From: Tortispora ganteri
Lineage: Eukaryota
Length of the DNA stretch: 20,670 nucleotides
Direction of reading: 5' to 3'
Assembly: GCA_003707115.1 (NCBI GenBank)
Contig: PPNB01000015.1
Span: forward strand, 186,001-206,670
The notes below the pieces were generated by a model, which was given only the letters and a program-made list of their open reading frames with translations, was not told the origin of the DNA and did not search any database. Position 1 is the stretch's first letter. Each line of letters begins with the position of its first letter. Positions 18,219 through 20,670 of the stretch are shown here, one piece after another. The position numbers and the translations under genes were made by a program.

Positions 18219-19718
18219 CTAGGTCTGCCTATACTCATGCATAGCATCTTCCACCTTCTCTTCAAACCTGTCATGAGCAGCTTCATTAGCAATGTGCTCT
18301 TCAGTACGGAAATCGGCATGAAATCGTTCCATACCAAGGACCGTAGCAATAAGTAGAGCTCCAAAAACGCATCCCATAAAAATAGCCATAACCTTGCCGT
18401 AGTCGTAAACTCCAGGTTTGTCTCCGAGAGGGAAGCGAGAACCAATTCTGGCCTCAATTGTGGATGAGGCGCTTGAAGCCAAGTTACCAAGCTGGTATGA
18501 AGTACCGGCAACAAATGATCTGAATGCTGGTGGCGACATCTCAGACAAGAATACAGGACACACACCCCAAGCACCTTGTACCATGAACTGTAGAAAGAAT
18601 ACACCGGCGTTGATGCCGCTGTTCTTGAGCATGAATGCAGGATATATCAATGCTCCGCCAATAATAGCACAAATTGACACGGTCAATCTACGGCCAAGGA
18701 ATTCTGATAAGTGACCCATTGTCACACCGCCGCAAAGCGCACCTAGATTAGCAATGACCATAGTGACAGTGACGCGGTCAGAACTGTAGCCTAACTGGTT
18801 TTTGAGCATTGAAGGGTAGAGATCCTGTGAACCATGTGAAGAGAAATTCATAATTGCCATGAATATTACAAGGTAAATAGTAATAAGCCAGTAATGTTTA
18901 AGAGCAGATTTTGCCTGTTTTCTGAAAAGCTCTGTCTTTGAAATCGACTCAACTCCCTGTTCTTGTGCTTCCTTCCTTACTCGTAGTTCGTTCTGAAATG
19001 CATCGGTTTCAGGAAGACATAAACGCCATGCAATTATCAATACAGGGGGACCGGCAGTAAACCAGAAAAGTGATCGCCATCCTTGTGCGGTGTTTTCGAA
19101 AGCTCTTTTGAAAACCACAACAAGAAGATAACCAAAAGCATAGCCTTGTTGAAATAAACCGGAGAGAATACCTCTGCACTCTGCAGGAGCATCTTCAAGA
19201 GCAGTTGCAGCAGCATTACCAAATAGACCACCCATAGCCACACCAAACAGAGCACGGACAGCCAAAAACTCCTGATATGTCTTCACAAATCCGGTACCGA
19301 TCTCAAGTACAATAAAAATCAAGCAATTAATAATGAACGGCCACTTTCTACCCCACTTGTCACTAGCAAGACCAAAGATTATAGCACCGACAGATCTAAG
19401 CATGAGAACCAAAGTAATACCCCAGGTTATGTCAGCAAGAGGGCGATCCAATGTTTCAGCGATATCTGATGCAGTAATGGATACGGCGAAGAAATCGACA
19501 GCATCCCAGGTCCAGCCACAGAAAGCGACACCAAAAAAAAGCCAATTACGTCGCGTCATATGTTTTAAGGAAGGGAACGGATTAATCGGTGCATGGCTTT
19601 CAGGAAGAGTACAGAGAGTAGGAATGCGAGTCTTAAAGTATTTACCAATAGACGAAGGAGATAAATCTATTACTGGCACATCGTGCAGTAAGTTATCGTA
19701 CTGTTCGTCAGTTTCCAT
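18219..19718 (-). CDS. JEN1: JEN-family (MFS, sialate:H+ symporter family) carboxylate/proton symporter, 499 aa
   Basis: GWTWDAVDFF, TWGITLVLMLRSVGA, SDKWGRKWPF, LEDAP...RGILSGLFQQGYAFGYLL and signature NFSSHGSQDLYPS, with multiple TM segments. Jen1 versus Jen2 subtype is unresolved. Confidence 0.9.
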   Translation of the reverse strand: METDEQYDNLLHDVPVIDLSPSSIGKYFKTRIPTLCTLPESHAPINPFPSLKHMTRRNWLFFGVAFCGWTWDAVDFFAVSITASDIAETLDRPLADITWGITLVLMLRSVGAIIFGLASDKWGRKWPFIINCLIFIVLEIGTGFVKTYQEFLAVRALFGVAMGGLFGNAAATALEDAPAECRGILSGLFQQGYAFGYLLVVVFKRAFENTAQGWRSLFWFTAGPPVLIIAWRLCLPETDAFQNELRVRKEAQEQGVESISKTELFRKQAKSALKHYWLITIYLVIFMAIMNFSSHGSQDLYPSMLKNQLGYSSDRVTVTMVIANLGALCGGVTMGHLSEFLGRRLTVSICAIIGGALIYPAFMLKNSGINAGVFFLQFMVQGAWGVCPVFLSEMSPPAFRSFVAGTSYQLGNLASSASSTIEARIGSRFPLGDKPGVYDYGKVMAIFMGCVFGALLIATVLGMERFHADFRTEEHIANEAAHDRFEEKVEDAMHEYRQT

Positions 19719-19769
19719 ATTTCAATATTTTTGAGATAAGCGAACAGAGCGATCTAGCGGCACAACCAC

Positions 19770-19778
19770 TTATATATA
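19770..19778 (-). promoter_or_regulatory. TATA box of the JEN gene
   Basis: TATATATAA on the minus strand about 52 bp upstream of ATG 19718. Confidence 0.55.
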
Positions 19779-19809
19779 GGCCTTTATTGACGAATACAAA
19801 AATGGAAGC

Positions 19810-20292
19810 GCGGGGCATAAGTTAGCTTTTCGATCTGCCGGTTATGGAAACTTATTTTACAGTTTAATTTAATATTTAGTCTAACTAAACCTTATAGTGC
19901 GTGAGATTTAGCAGTATATCAGCGTTCAGAAGGGGCAACCCCGCCTCCACGTTAAACTAAACTCCGTACTCTAATTGTATGTTTTCCAAGTGGTGCAATG
20001 GTGCTGTCTTTCTCTTAAAAGCAGATTCTCATTTGCCTTTCCCACTATTCCCATACTCAGTAAGATAATGAAAAAAGCCAAGATAGGGTTGAGGGTACGT
20101 CTAAATATAACAGCTTGGCTTCTGATGGCAGCTACAGATAAGCCGTAACAGAACGAAACAAAGCTTTTAACTATGTAGCCGGTTTTTACACGAGAAAATA
20201 GATACGAATGTATACGTACTGATGAGAATATGATCCTGCAGACTCAGAGCGGCACCAAAAGGTTCTCCACCCATCCATAAGATTTTCCGGGG
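19810..20292. promoter_or_regulatory. Three Mig1/CreA-type GC boxes in the JEN upstream region
   Basis: GCGGGG 19810-19815, CCCCGC 19939-19944, and ATTTT-CCGGGG (GC box 20287-20292). Consistent with known glucose repression of JEN transporters. Confidence 0.45.
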
Positions 20293-20646
20293 TTGGCCTT
20301 GGAGACCGGAACTTTAATGCAATTTAAGGACAATAGCAGTTTTTACGTAATATGAAACTATACCTGGAAATTACATACTGTAAACTATGATTGTTGATTT
20401 ATTCACTGTTATAAACAATGCGTACAATAGGCACAAAATTAGACAGCAATATCGATCGCTCTGTTATGTACGGAAAGTGAAGTAGCAGATACCACAGCTT
20501 CCAGAATAAAGAGCCTTGGATTGTTTTTTTTCTTTTTTTTTCGGTAGACCTATTTAAACCTTAACAAACACTAACCTAAACTTGTCTCTGTGCTTTCTGT
20601 ATTTTCCGCTAAACTATATCGCTAGTATCTTGGAGTTTAGTGTCTG

Positions 20647-20668
20647 ACGCGAAAAGTTCGATACGCGT
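20647..20668. promoter_or_regulatory. MCB/SCB-like pair (ACGCGAAA, ACGCGT), probably for a gene beyond the right edge
   Basis: ACGCGAAA at 20647-20654 and a perfect MluI box ACGCGT at 20663-20668, downstream of a poly(dT) tract at about 20524-20541. Confidence 0.45.
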
Positions 20669-20670
20669 TC

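Noticed and set aside
20219..20260. CTGATGAG resembling a hammerhead ribozyme core or a snoRNA C box
   Set aside because: No GAAA after a stem II, no flanking stems, and no D box at a suitable distance.

Overview
Gene-dense, intron-poor ascomycete yeast DNA. It is probably an early-diverging Saccharomycotina lineage, inferred from short GTAAGT/CTAAC/TAG introns, a Cys2-type serine O-acyltransferase, a 4CL-like peroxisomal ligase and CTG read as Leu at conserved positions. Gene order: the 5' part of NUP60 (-, runs off the left edge, missed by the ORF track); tRNA-Ala(UGC) (+); RKR1/LTN1 E3 ligase (-); RAD3/XPD helicase (+, two 5' introns); a Cak1/Csk1-type CDK-activating kinase (-) whose CDS overlaps the RAD3 CDS by 9 nt; SYP1 muniscin (+); a Fus1-like single-pass SH3 membrane protein (-); Cys2/CysA-type serine O-acyltransferase (-); a peroxisomal (SKL) aryl/acyl-CoA ligase (+); a JEN-family carboxylate permease (-); then about 950 bp of promoter DNA. 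I found no mobile elements, CRISPR arrays or clearly new biological system. The most notable observations are the tail-to-tail overlap of two TFIIH-linked genes (RAD3 and CAK1), the 105-bp RKR1/RAD3 bidirectional promoter, a possible splice switch at the CYS2 start codon, and a possible carboxylate uptake/activation gene neighbourhood. All gene identities come from motif recall, not database searches.
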